Part shown: one piece after another, positions 36,310 to 45,614 of the stretch
Layout: each line of letters starts with the position of its first letter
Position numbering within the stretch: position 1 is the stretch's first letter
Virus record (IMG/VR): IMGVR_UViG_3300037419_001546
Coordinates: 1-64,000 of that record
Strand: one strand, 5' to 3'
Source: a virus
Lineage: Duplodnaviria > Caudoviricetes
DNA: 64,000 nucleotides
The notes under the pieces: model-generated
What the model was told of the DNA's origin: nothing
The model's database searches: none
Seen by the model: only the letters and a program-made list of their open reading frames with translations
Position numbers and translations under genes: made by a program

Positions 36310-37281
36310 TCAGGCATGGGTTTCGGCTTCCTCGGGTTGGTTCTGGTGGGCGATGAGCGCGCGCCACGCGGCGGGCAGCTCGGCGTTGTGGTCGCACTTG
36401 GCGGCGGGCGGGTCGGCGTAGGTGAGCTCGGTGGGCGGGATCCGCCAGCCGGTTTCGTCGCACAGTTCGCAGCCGGCGATCTCGGTGCGGCGGTGGTCGG
36501 CGGTGACGCGGCGGACGCGGTCGCGTTCTGCTTCCCACGATTCGAACTTGCGGCGTTCGGCGCGGCACGCCCCGCAGGCTGGGACGTAGCCGGTCATGTC
36601 GCGGTGTTCGGCGCAGCGGGTCGGCGGGGCTTCGGGGATGGACTGGGCCCAGGCGACGAGGTGTGCTTCCCAGGCGTCGCGGGCTGCGTCGCAGTCGGCG
36701 CACTCCGGCACGTAGCCGTCTTCGTGGCCGGGATGGAATTTGGCAGGCTCGTCGCGCGACGCTCGCGCGTCACTTACGTATCGGTCCCTACCTACGTCAC
36801 CACTAGTAGGGAATGGAGTGGAATGGAATGGGTGTGCGCGGTCCGGGGTGGAATCCTCCGGGGACACAGGGGGTTCGGGCGGCGGGACATCCTCCGGGAC
36901 ATCGGGCGGGACATCCGGTGTGACGGGCGGCGGGACATCCGGCGTATGTCCCTGCGGGACATTTCCGCCTTTGCGCTGGTTGGCCTTCCGGAGCCGTTCC
37001 GATTCGCGACGCGATTCGACTTCCTTCTTGGTCCGCTGGCGCTGTCCCCATTCGTGGAATTCGTAACCGCCTTCGGCCTCTATCCACAGGCCGCTGTGGA
37101 GAAGGGCTTTGATCTGCGTTTGGGTGCCCATTGAGCGCGCGATCGCGCGCGGAATGAACCCATCCGTGAGCGTTCCGGCGCTCCAGGCACCGGCCCTGAC
37201 CCACAGTCCCATCGCGGCATTTCCGGCCTGCAACACCTTGCGGTGGAACGCGAGCGTGTCATCGACGTTGAACCACACCAT
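36310..37281 (-). CDS. Replication initiator / replisome organiser-like protein
   Basis: MVWFNVDD...H.KV...G.AA.GLW..AG.W......TDGF.P start; Pro/Val/Asp low-complexity linker. Confidence 0.7.
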   Translation of the reverse strand: MVWFNVDDTLAFHRKVLQAGNAAMGLWVRAGAWSAGTLTDGFIPRAIARSMGTQTQIKALLHSGLWIEAEGGYEFHEWGQRQRTKKEVESRRESERLRKANQRKGGNVPQGHTPDVPPPVTPDVPPDVPEDVPPPEPPVSPEDSTPDRAHPFHSTPFPTSGDVGRDRYVSDARASRDEPAKFHPGHEDGYVPECADCDAARDAWEAHLVAWAQSIPEAPPTRCAEHRDMTGYVPACGACRAERRKFESWEAERDRVRRVTADHRRTEIAGCELCDETGWRIPPTELTYADPPAAKCDHNAELPAAWRALIAHQNQPEEAETHA

Positions 37282-37393
37282 GCTGTTCAGACCTCCTCTC
37301 GTAGCTGATGCGTGCCCGAGCGGGCACCGGGCCGCAGGGGCGCCGGATTCGGGCGTCCCTGCGGCATTGCGGATGTCGTACGAGCCCATCGGG

Positions 37394-38428
37394 CTAGCTG
37401 TCGGTCGCTTCGGACTCGGCGGCGCGGATCTTGTCGAGCACCGCTTCGAGGTCGCCCTGGTCGACGAGGACGTCGCGGGCCTTCGATCCCTGCGCGGGCC
37501 CGACGACACCGAGGTCTTCGAGCCGGTTGAGCAGATAGACGGCCTTCGCGAAACCGATCCGCATGCGGCGCTGCAGCATTGACGACGAGCCGAACTGGGA
37601 GCTGATCACCAGCTCGGCCGCGGCGACGAGCATCGCCGTGGTGCCGAGCACGTGGGCGGTGGACAGCGCCTCGTCCAGGTCGACCGCCTCAGTGGTGGTC
37701 GGGTTGCGGCGGTCGACGAACGAGTGCGCGACGATGCCGGGCAGCCGCTGAGTCCAGCCCTCGGCCCAGGCCTTCGCCCGGGCCAGATAGTCGTCGTTCA
37801 TCCGGCGCGGGCTGACCGCGCCGAGGAAGCTGTCACCGCAACGCACCAGCAGCGCGCGGCCGTCGGCGCGGGCTTCGAGGTTGAGCGGTTCGCCGTAGGC
37901 CTTGCCGGCCTGCTGGAACCGGGCCAGGTAGTCGCCGGAGACGGCGATCCCGCCAGCGAGCAGCGCGAAGTTGCCTTGATGCTGGCGGTGGATCAGCCAC
38001 GGGATGCCGCCGAGGGTGGGTTCGTTGGCGAGCCGCGGGACGCGCAGGGCGTGGCCGACGATGTCGAAGCCGGAGCAGTCGGAGAAGGTGACCTCGCTGT
38101 CGGCGACCTCGATGCGCAGCAGGTAGTCGGGCTGCCCGTCGTGAGCGTCCCTGCCTGCCTTGAAGATTCGCAGGATCTTCGCGATGTCGTCGGGCGCGAA
38201 CTCGACGATCAGGCCGGGCTCGTAGTCACAGTCGCGTTCTTTCCAGATGCTGACGATCGCGAGCGCCGCGGTGAACCGGTCGGACGCGGTGACGGCGACG
38301 TTGCCGTCGGCGAACAGCATCCGCACCCGGTGCAGGCCGGCGTCTTCCTTGTCGGGGGTGGCGTGGACGCTCACCGCGGTGAGTGCGTGCCGGAGATCGG
38401 CGGTGCCAACGATGATGGTGGCGGTCAT
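37394..38428 (-). CDS. Beta-clamp-like N-terminus fused to an FtsK gamma domain
   Basis: C-terminal AAELVISSQFGSSSMLQRRMRIGF.KA..L...LE..GVVGP..GSK.RDVL; N-terminal L..AL.AV.......L......VTASDRF. Confidence 0.7.
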   Translation of the reverse strand: MTATIIVGTADLRHALTAVSVHATPDKEDAGLHRVRMLFADGNVAVTASDRFTAALAIVSIWKERDCDYEPGLIVEFAPDDIAKILRIFKAGRDAHDGQPDYLLRIEVADSEVTFSDCSGFDIVGHALRVPRLANEPTLGGIPWLIHRQHQGNFALLAGGIAVSGDYLARFQQAGKAYGEPLNLEARADGRALLVRCGDSFLGAVSPRRMNDDYLARAKAWAEGWTQRLPGIVAHSFVDRRNPTTTEAVDLDEALSTAHVLGTTAMLVAAAELVISSQFGSSSMLQRRMRIGFAKAVYLLNRLEDLGVVGPAQGSKARDVLVDQGDLEAVLDKIRAAESEATDS

Positions 38429-38730
38429 GAGGGGTCGCTTTCGGGGATTGAAGGGGCGACGATGTCGCCGATGCGGTCGCGGATGTAGTCGCGGGCGTCG
38501 TTGCGGCTAGCCCAGACGAGCACCGGGCCCGTCGCTTCGTTCACGGTGCCGAGTGCGGCGATGGCGTTCGCGAGCTTCTTCTGCTCGACGAGCTGCGCGA
38601 GCTGATCGCCGACGTAGAGCAGGGCGTGCGCGGTGGCCTCGGCGCCGGCCGACGTGAGGCCGATCCCCTCATCGGGCAGACGGCGCAGCACGGCCTCGGC
38701 CTTGATCCGGTGCTCATCGGCGGCGCTCAC
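38425..38730 (-). CDS. Hypothetical protein
   Basis: Coupled ORF. Confidence 0.5.
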   Translation of the reverse strand: MSAADEHRIKAEAVLRRLPDEGIGLTSAGAEATAHALLYVGDQLAQLVEQKKLANAIAALGTVNEATGPVLVWASRNDARDYIRDRIGDIVAPSIPESDPS

Positions 38731-39398
38731 AGGGCACCTCCGTTGATCCGGTCGTAGAGCCGCATCGCCCAGCGGGCGTCGCCCATGGCGGTGTGCCGCT
38801 CCTCGGCGGTGGGCGGCTCGACGCCGCATGCCCGTGAGATGTCGTCGGACTTCCACGGCAGCGCCAGGGCCTCGGGGACGAACTCCGGCACGATCACCCC
38901 GGCGTGCACCGAGGCTTTCAGGAAGCCGACTGCCAGGTTCTCGACGTCGATCAAGTGGTAGCGCCAGGACGGGCAGAGTCCGTGGCGGCGCAGCATCGCG
39001 GCCAGCAGCTCGGTATCGAAATTCGGTACGGCGCCGACAATGTGCGCGTTCCGCGTCCACCTCTCGACCTCGGCCGCGACCATCGCTTCCGGGCCGATGT
39101 ACGCCGTGATCGGGCCAGAACCCATCATGAACGGATCGGGTTCGGCGATCGACACGAAGTAGTCGTCGTCTTCGTACCGCTTGAACCGGTGGTGGCGTTC
39201 GTAGAAGCGGCCGATGTTGAGGCCGATCAGCTCCGCTGAGGAGAGGTCGACGTCGCTCACCTGGTAGGTGATCTCGCTCTGGTGGCGGAAGTTGCCGGCG
39301 TCGTCGAACTCGCGGCGGATCATCGCGATCTCCCATGGCCGCCGATCGGCGTGCAGGCCAGTGGTTTCCGTGTCGAGGAAGACGATCGGCGTGCTCAC
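38727..39398 (-). CDS. DEDDh 3'-5' exonuclease (DnaQ-like)
   Basis: VFLDTETTGL, GAVPNFD, HTAMGDA. Confidence 0.88.
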   Translation of the reverse strand: MSTPIVFLDTETTGLHADRRPWEIAMIRREFDDAGNFRHQSEITYQVSDVDLSSAELIGLNIGRFYERHHRFKRYEDDDYFVSIAEPDPFMMGSGPITAYIGPEAMVAAEVERWTRNAHIVGAVPNFDTELLAAMLRRHGLCPSWRYHLIDVENLAVGFLKASVHAGVIVPEFVPEALALPWKSDDISRACGVEPPTAEERHTAMGDARWAMRLYDRINGGAL

Positions 39399-40705
39399 TG
39401 GGCACCGGCCTCGGTGTCGAGCGTCTGCTGCTGTCCCTCGTCGGCGACGAGCTGGGTGAGCTCGGTGAGCACCTCGGCGGCCTCGCGCTCGTTGAGGTCG
39501 AGCGGGTCGGTGATCTGCTCGCGGCCGGGCAGGAACGAGCGCAGGAACAGAACCTTCTTCTCGTCGGTATCGGCGCCGAGCTGGTCGAGCAGCTGCGCGG
39601 CCTGCGCCCACTGCGACCGCAGGATCGGCGCGTCACCGGCTTCGCGGCGCTGCAGCCGGGCGATGATGGCGTTCGCCTCCACGCTGGTCAGTTCCTTCGC
39701 CGAGGCGATCTCGCGGCCGGTGTCCGCTGACAACCACTTGCGCTTCGCCGCCGCGGTCTTGTGGCCGTGGCGCTCCAGTTCGCCCGAGAGTGCGCGCTGC
39801 TCGGCAGCCGTCGCGAATTCGGCGGGCGGGTCGGGCTCGTCGACCTGCGCAGTGTCCTGTTTTTCGCCCGGATCTGAGGCGGTCTCGGAATTCGATTCAG
39901 GGTTTTCCGGCGCCGGCTGACTTATACCGGCAGTAGAACCACCCTCGGCTGCGGGCGGCGGCGTCCACTGCCGCACATGGCTGGATACGCCACCGCCACC
40001 GCCGGCGACCGCGATGACCTGCGGCTGCACGCGCTCGGACTCCACGCGCACCGGCTCGGTCTCGTCGATGCGGTCTTCCTGGTCCTCGGCGACCTCCAGG
40101 CCGAGCAGGATATGCGAGGCCAGACGCTTACAGACCGTGGTCGCCGCCTTGGCCCACAGCATTTCCTCGGGCTGCAAGATGTACTTCTCGTTGCCGATCA
40201 TCTTCTCGTAGGCGCCGTTTGGGCCGGTGAGCTTCTTCGTCTTGTACTTGCCGGTCTCCGGGTCGATTGTCGGGACGAAACCGGCCCGCGTGGCGCGCTC
40301 GATCGTCCATTCGCTGGTCTCGGTGTCCCCGTCGGGCGCCCACCCCTGGAAAACGACGCGCTCGGGTCCGGCCTCGTGGGTGGTGAACCGGTAGCCCTTC
40401 TGGCGCAGCTTCGCGACCATCGTCTTGGCGTAGATGGATGGCATCCCGTGCACCGGGAATACGTTCTGCAGCGCCTGCAACGGATTCAGGCCGAGCTCGC
40501 CGCCGTGCATGATGGCGACGGCAGCGTCCTGCGGCTTGCCTTGGTAGATCTTCGGAACGATCGTGGTGCGGCAGACTCGTTCGGCGAATTTGTATGCGAC
40601 GTCGAGCAGCTCGGCGTAGCGCATGAGGCTGTCGAACGGATCGTCAGCGGCGGCGACCGGGGCGAGTGCCCTGCCATCGTCGATGGTGGCAATGTCGGTG
40701 GTCAT
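39395..40705 (-). CDS. recT: RecT-like single-strand annealing protein with C-terminal extension
   Basis: VPKIYQGKPQDAAVAIMHGGELGL.PLQAL; YILQPEEMLWAKA; next to RecE. Confidence 0.75.
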   Translation of the reverse strand: MTTDIATIDDGRALAPVAAADDPFDSLMRYAELLDVAYKFAERVCRTTIVPKIYQGKPQDAAVAIMHGGELGLNPLQALQNVFPVHGMPSIYAKTMVAKLRQKGYRFTTHEAGPERVVFQGWAPDGDTETSEWTIERATRAGFVPTIDPETGKYKTKKLTGPNGAYEKMIGNEKYILQPEEMLWAKAATTVCKRLASHILLGLEVAEDQEDRIDETEPVRVESERVQPQVIAVAGGGGGVSSHVRQWTPPPAAEGGSTAGISQPAPENPESNSETASDPGEKQDTAQVDEPDPPAEFATAAEQRALSGELERHGHKTAAAKRKWLSADTGREIASAKELTSVEANAIIARLQRREAGDAPILRSQWAQAAQLLDQLGADTDEKKVLFLRSFLPGREQITDPLDLNEREAAEVLTELTQLVADEGQQQTLDTEAGAQ

Positions 40706-40712
40706 TGGTGGC

Positions 40713-41624
40713 TTAGTCCTCTCTGAAATAGCCCCAGCGGGGCAGGTCGATTTCGTGCGTGTAGTCGCTCCAGTCCGGCCAGATGCCGGACTCGAGGCAT
40801 GCCGCGTAGATGTCGATCGCGCGGCGGTTCATCCGGGCACCGACGTCGACGGCCGAGGCGGGTAGGCGGATCCGCCAGACCGGGTGCGGTGGCTTGTCGC
40901 AGACGGCGATGAATTCGAATTCGGTGTGCACGCCGAGGCAGGCGAAACCGTCCTGATACCAGGCCTGTTGCGCGTGATAGCCGAAGCTGTTGACCGACTT
41001 GCGGAATGCCTCGGGCGTCTCGTGCGGCGTGGTTTTCAGGTCGACAAGGATCGCGCTGTGCGGGCCGGTCCAGCACACCCAGTCGGCACGCACGCGCAGC
41101 ATGACGCCGGTGACCGGATCGGGATACCAGCCCGACAGTTCGGGCTCGCCGGATGAGAGCAGCTCGGTCGCGTGCTCGTTCCGCCGCACCGCGTCGGCCA
41201 TCGCCTTGGCCTGCCGATAGTGCTTGCTGCGCAACGGCACTCGGCCTGCGTCGCGATGCGCGTCGCGCGCTTTCTTCACCTCGTCCTTGCGGATCTCGTC
41301 GACGCCGAGGTCGACCAGCGGCGCGCCGGTGCCGAGCACGAGCGTGTGCACCGCGGTGCCGAGGTCGAAATGATCGGCTGAGACGGGCTCAGGGTTGTCG
41401 CGCTCGTGCTTCCACATCCGCGGCGTCGTTTCGAGCAGCCGCCGCGCGCCCGAGGACGACAGCGACCGCGTATCGGCGTGGTAGATCGTGTCCGGTACGC
41501 CGGAGTACAGGCCAGGCTCGGCCGGTGCCAGCTGCTCGGCCTCGGCCGGCTGCTGCCCGCGGTGCTTCGGGCAGTCGCAGATCTCCTCGTCAAGGTCGGT
41601 GGTCTGGCAGATGGCATTAGTCAT
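40713..41624 (-). CDS. recE: RecE/exonuclease VIII-like PD-(D/E)xK nuclease
   Basis: YH....LSSSG, FDLGTAVH.LVL, RVRADW, VDLKTT, YHAQQAWY. Confidence 0.85.
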   Translation of the reverse strand: MTNAICQTTDLDEEICDCPKHRGQQPAEAEQLAPAEPGLYSGVPDTIYHADTRSLSSSGARRLLETTPRMWKHERDNPEPVSADHFDLGTAVHTLVLGTGAPLVDLGVDEIRKDEVKKARDAHRDAGRVPLRSKHYRQAKAMADAVRRNEHATELLSSGEPELSGWYPDPVTGVMLRVRADWVCWTGPHSAILVDLKTTPHETPEAFRKSVNSFGYHAQQAWYQDGFACLGVHTEFEFIAVCDKPPHPVWRIRLPASAVDVGARMNRRAIDIYAACLESGIWPDWSDYTHEIDLPRWGYFRED

Positions 41625-42310
41625 GACGCCGCCCTCGATCGGTAAGGCTCGCGGCGCAATGTCGATGCCGGTGTAGGCGCATTCGGGTCGTCGAGCGCGT
41701 CTTCGTCCCACTGCATCGGCAGCGGCCAGCGCCGAGAACGGCCGTAGCTGCGGGCTCGGTCAGACGGTCCCGGCGTCATCTGCAGCCGGTTGAACAGAGC
41801 CACAACGGCGCGGTGCCGCGCTGCGGTGATCTGATCCCGGTGGTGAAGCATCGTGCCGAAATTGCCGTCGTCCATGCCGAGTTCAGCCGCGAGGTGCGCC
41901 ATCGGCCACCCTGCTGCCACGAGCGCCCGCAACCGGCGCTGCGCACCGAGTGAGGGCACTGGCATATGGTCAGCCGCCACGCTGTACGGGTCGGCTGGGA
42001 TCGCCACTGCCCGAATGCGATCGGCGACCGACCGCGAAATGAACGTGGCCGGCGGGCGTCCGGGCTTGCCGTAGAGCAGAGTCCCTAGCGAACTACGCGG
42101 TACCCCCGCCAGCTGCGGAATGCGGCGCAGCGAGACGCCAGCGCCCTGGAGCGCTCGCACGTGGGCGCGCACTGGTTCGGCATCCACGAACCCCGGTTCC
42201 CAGCGGCCGTAGAGGATTCCGCGGTTGCGCTCGTGGTAGTAGCACAACTTGCACAGCCCGCGGCGCAGCTGCTCGATGCGCGGGCAGCGCGAACACTGCG
42301 CGGCGCTCAT
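41621..42310 (-). CDS. HTH DNA-binding protein with N-terminal Cys motif
   Basis: GLC.LCY; VDAEPVRAHV..L...G.S..RI..LAGV; RRLRAL.A.GW. Confidence 0.65.
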   Translation of the reverse strand: MSAAQCSRCPRIEQLRRGLCKLCYYHERNRGILYGRWEPGFVDAEPVRAHVRALQGAGVSLRRIPQLAGVPRSSLGTLLYGKPGRPPATFISRSVADRIRAVAIPADPYSVAADHMPVPSLGAQRRLRALVAAGWPMAHLAAELGMDDGNFGTMLHHRDQITAARHRAVVALFNRLQMTPGPSDRARSYGRSRRWPLPMQWDEDALDDPNAPTPASTLRREPYRSRAAS

Positions 42311-42864
42311 GAGGCCATCTCCACCACGGGCGCCGGGACGGCGAGGATGCGCTGCTCGGTGTCCTTGTGGACACGCTTGCTGCGGTGCATGTGGATCAGG
42401 GTCGAGCGGTCAACCCCGGTCGCGGCCTGGATCTGTGGCCACGTCCACTGTGCGTCGCGCAGTTGCTTGATCCGCTCCTTCGATGGGCCGGAATCGATCA
42501 GTCCGCGCACGCAGATCCAGCACCGCTGGTTCTCGTTGCGGGCGTTCGCGAGCTCGCCGCCGCACTGCGCGCACCGCGGCGCATCGTCGTTCTCCTTCGG
42601 TAGCGGCCGGCCGAGTTCCATGTGCAGCTGTTTCCATTCGGCGCGGTTGCTGAGGTCTCGTCCGGCGCGGATGCCATGCCGGTCGCCGGCGTCGAGTCCG
42701 GCGTTGCCGCACTCCTCGACCACAGGGCATCTGCCGCAAACGCGTTTCGCCTCGGCGATGACGGCAGTGGCCGACGGGTCCGGGAAGAAGAGATCCGGGT
42801 CGCTGTCCCGGCACGCCGCCCACATCTGCCACGCGGGCGCGTCGGGGTCGATACGGCCCGTCAC
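42307..42864 (-). CDS. WhiB-family Fe-S regulator with C-terminal Zn-finger/HTH
   Basis: W...AAC...DPDLFF......AK.VC..CPV...C; G[IV]WGG replaced by GIRAG. Confidence 0.8.
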   Translation of the reverse strand: MTGRIDPDAPAWQMWAACRDSDPDLFFPDPSATAVIAEAKRVCGRCPVVEECGNAGLDAGDRHGIRAGRDLSNRAEWKQLHMELGRPLPKENDDAPRCAQCGGELANARNENQRCWICVRGLIDSGPSKERIKQLRDAQWTWPQIQAATGVDRSTLIHMHRSKRVHKDTEQRILAVPAPVVEMAS

Positions 42865-43055
42865 AGCCCGAACTGCCCATCGATCCAGCGCTGGTAGGCG
42901 CGGTCGGTCTCGGCCCACTCATCGCGGTCGTCGGCTTGGTCCTCGTCGCCGGTGGCCATGGAGAACGCCTCGCGGAGGTCGGCGGCCGAGGCGATGATCG
43001 CGACGATCAGGGCGATGATGATGCCGGCCTCGAGAATGTGTCCGAAAGTGGTCAT
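42861..43055 (-). CDS. Small membrane protein
   Basis: One TM helix. Confidence 0.5.
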   Translation of the reverse strand: MTTFGHILEAGIIIALIVAIIASAADLREAFSMATGDEDQADDRDEWAETDRAYQRWIDGQFGL

Positions 43056-43345
43056 CGGGTTGCTCCGTTCATCAGGCTGTCGCGCACGATGGCGCGGATA
43101 CGGGACTGGCTTTCGGTGGTCATCCGGTCGAGCGGGACGCCGACGATGCGAGAGAGTTCGTCGGCTTCGGCCAGGCGCACGGGCCGGAATCCGCGTTCGG
43201 TCGCGAACACGGTGCTCTGGCTGAAGAGCTCGAACCCGGCCCGCCGCATGCGGTCGGCGATGTCGACCTGCCTCATGCCCAGCGCTTTCCGCGCGACCTT
43301 GAGATTCGCGATGAACCGCTTGTCGATGTCGGTGGTGGCGTGCAT
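43052..43345 (-). CDS. XRE-family HTH protein
   Basis: NLKVARKALGMRQVDIA...SQSTV...ERG.R.V.L.EA. Confidence 0.8.
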   Translation of the reverse strand: MHATTDIDKRFIANLKVARKALGMRQVDIADRMRRAGFELFSQSTVFATERGFRPVRLAEADELSRIVGVPLDRMTTESQSRIRAIVRDSLMNGATR

Positions 43346-43737
43346 CAGGACGGCACCCCGCCTTCACCGGTCTGGCGCTCGGCGTCGACCGGGCCGGACT
43401 TCGCCGCCTCGGCGACGTAACCGAGCTGGGTGATGGTGTTGGCGACGCGTGCGCTGGCGTTGGGCTCGCCTGCCCACTTCAGTTCGGCGGCGGCGTTCTT
43501 CAGCTCGACGATGGCCATGGAGGCGATCTGCGCGAAGTCGACGGCGTCACCGCGGGCTACGAGGTTTGCGAGCAGCTGGCCGAACAGCCGCTGCGCGACC
43601 ACCGGTGTCACGATGACGCGGGCGTCGTCGCTGAGCTGCAGGACGTATTTCTCCATGCCCGGGTTCCAGCGAACGTCCAGGTCCCGGACGACGATGGGCG
43701 AGTACACGGTGGCGTAGGACTCGGCGTCGATGCTCAT
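43345..43737 (-). CDS. Hypothetical protein
   Basis: Coupled ORF. Confidence 0.5.
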   Translation of the reverse strand: MSIDAESYATVYSPIVVRDLDVRWNPGMEKYVLQLSDDARVIVTPVVAQRLFGQLLANLVARGDAVDFAQIASMAIVELKNAAAELKWAGEPNASARVANTITQLGYVAEAAKSGPVDAERQTGEGGVPS

Positions 43738-43952
43738 GCGGTCACCGCCAGGGTGGCGGTACCGGAGTGCTGCGCGAGCCACTGATCCGTCGGCGTCCAG
43801 TCGCTCCACGGGTCGATCACGTTGGTCGGCGGCGCGTCGAGCACGACGGTCATCGGGATCGTCGGGTGCTCGTCGCGCATGATCAGCGCGGCGACGGTGA
43901 CGCGTTCGTGGCCGGCCTGGTGGTGGCGGCCATGGTTCGAATGTCTTCCCAT
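43734..43952 (-). CDS. Hypothetical protein
   Basis: Coupled ORF. Confidence 0.4.
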   Translation of the reverse strand: MGRHSNHGRHHQAGHERVTVAALIMRDEHPTIPMTVVLDAPPTNVIDPWSDWTPTDQWLAQHSGTATLAVTA

Positions 43953-44028
43953 TGGGTATGCTCCCGTTCGGTTCTGGTGAATCGAGATGGGACCCGGCGA
44001 GATGCGGCTCTCGCCGGGTCTCGGTGTG

Positions 44029-44367
44029 TCAGGACGTGGCACGACTCCCGGCGCGAGGTTCGTCTGCACCCGCGCCGGGAATCGTTCGGGGGGAATCCGA
44101 TTGGCGTGTGCGCTGTCGAGCGCGGTCGATCGGAATTGGGATGGTGGGCGGCAGTGCGCCCGCGGGAATGTGAACCGCTTCGATGTGGACCAGGGCGTCG
44201 GTGTTGTCGACCTTCGCGACCGATTCGGCTGCTGCGCGGGCGGCGGCTGCGGCGGCCCGGGCGTCTCGCGCGCAGTTCCGGGCGTCGGTACGGGACTGGC
44301 TGACGGTGAACACCGCGACGGCGAGGGCGGCGGCCGCGACCGTGAGGGCGATGACGGAGACGATCAT
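44029..44367 (-). CDS. Membrane-anchored hypothetical protein
   Basis: N-terminal hydrophobic helix. Confidence 0.5.
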   Translation of the reverse strand: MIVSVIALTVAAAALAVAVFTVSQSRTDARNCARDARAAAAAARAAAESVAKVDNTDALVHIEAVHIPAGALPPTIPIPIDRARQRTRQSDSPRTIPGAGADEPRAGSRATS

Positions 44368-44633
44368 GCGATCGTCCCGGTCTTCTCCAGTTCCAGCTCC
44401 AGCAGCGCGGCCTCGTGGCGTTCGGCGATATCCAGGCGCAGAGCCAGCTCGTGCTGGTCGGTGCGCGCCTTCGCCAGCGACCGCAGCGCGGAAAGGTAGC
44501 GCGCCTTCCAATGCTGGTTGATCTGCTGGAACATGCCGCTGTAGTCGGCCTCTTCCTGCAGGCGATGGACGCGGCGGTTCGCGTCGAGCAGCTGCTCGGA
44601 GATCTCGGCCACCGACTGGCCGGGGGCGGTCAT
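44364..44633 (-). CDS. Coiled-coil hypothetical protein
   Basis: Coupled ORF. Confidence 0.5.
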   Translation of the reverse strand: MTAPGQSVAEISEQLLDANRRVHRLQEEADYSGMFQQINQHWKARYLSALRSLAKARTDQHELALRLDIAERHEAALLELELEKTGTIA

Positions 44634-45313
44634 GACGCAACCGCTTCCGGCTCGCCGAACACGGACACGTACGGGTGGGCGAGGATCGCCAAATGCTCAG
44701 CGGCGGAATCGTTCTGGCCGATCAGGTCGGTGAGCATGAGCGCCCGCGTGATGCTGCGCACCGCGTGCTCCGCTGCGGCGATAGCCTCCCAGTGGAGGTC
44801 CAAGTCGCGGTAGTTGATCGCGGCCACGGCGGCGTCACGGGCTGCATCCCATCTGTCCTCCGCCTTCGCCGTCGAGGCGGCTCGCGTCAGGTCATGCAGC
44901 GCGCGTAGCGCCGACCCGCAGCGCGAACTGAAGTCGGAATCGACGTCGGCCATCTGCTGCAGCTGCTCGGGGGTGGCGGCTGCGACGGTGCGCACGACGG
45001 CCACGATCCGGCGCCACTGCGGGCCGAAGGTGTCCTCGAGGTCGCCGTCGGTGATCTCCGTGGTGGCGAGATAGCCGCGCACGTCATCGGCAGTGCGCCC
45101 ACGGTCGTCGTTCCATTCCTCGGCGCGGTCGCGGGAACGATGCACCGCACGGACGAGACCGAAGTCGCCGGGCACGGGCGTGCAGTGCTTGAGCGCACCG
45201 GACAGGCAGACGCCGGACCGGGTCTCCATCTCGCCCTGGATCCAGCCGTGCTCGTCGATGTAGGCGGCGGCCGCGCGGCAGGCTGCGGTCAGAGTCTGTG
45301 CGGGGGCGGTCAC
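44630..45313 (-). CDS. DUF6197-like actinophage protein
   Basis: AA.YI.EHGWIQG...CL.GAL...WND..GRT..DV. Confidence 0.6.
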   Translation of the reverse strand: MTAPAQTLTAACRAAAAYIDEHGWIQGEMETRSGVCLSGALKHCTPVPGDFGLVRAVHRSRDRAEEWNDDRGRTADDVRGYLATTEITDGDLEDTFGPQWRRIVAVVRTVAAATPEQLQQMADVDSDFSSRCGSALRALHDLTRAASTAKAEDRWDAARDAAVAAINYRDLDLHWEAIAAAEHAVRSITRALMLTDLIGQNDSAAEHLAILAHPYVSVFGEPEAVAS

Positions 45314-45510
45314 GAGGCTTCCGCCTGCTCGTCGCGGGCCTTGCGGTAGGCCTCGACATCCTCCGGGCGCAGGACGTAGGCGCCCGTTCTGCCTGGAAGT
45401 TTCTCGGCTGGTAGCTGGTGTGTGCGGATGAGGTCAACGACTGCCCGGCGCCCGATGTTGAGCAGTTCGGCAACCTCCACAACACCGAGCAGTTTCACGG
45501 TTTTGTGCAT
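45310..45510 (-). CDS. Cro-like / excisionase-type HTH protein
   Basis: 66 aa, LL.V.EVAELL.I.R..V..LI....LPA.KL; divergent from the repressor. Confidence 0.8.
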   Translation of the reverse strand: MHKTVKLLGVVEVAELLNIGRRAVVDLIRTHQLPAEKLPGRTGAYVLRPEDVEAYRKARDEQAEAS

Positions 45511-45610
45511 AAGCCAAGTTCTACACCTAACTTGGCGTATGCACAAGATTTGCCGGGTGTGTCGGAGTTTTGCATACGTTGCCAAACTTGGTTGAGTCTG
45601 CCAAACTTGG
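45503..45610. promoter_or_regulatory. Cro/repressor divergent control region with operator-like repeats
   Basis: 44-bp imperfect palindrome 45503-45546; TGCCAAACTTGG twice (45580-45591, 45599-45610). Confidence 0.7.
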
Positions 45611-45614
45611 CGGC

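Noticed and set aside
45570-45614. Upstream extensions in the ORF track (rep from 45570, cro from 45585, terS from 24651, HNH from 25195, lysA from 7056, etc.)
   Set aside because: They overlap neighbouring genes or operators; downstream starts with RBS or coupled stop-start overlaps fit better.
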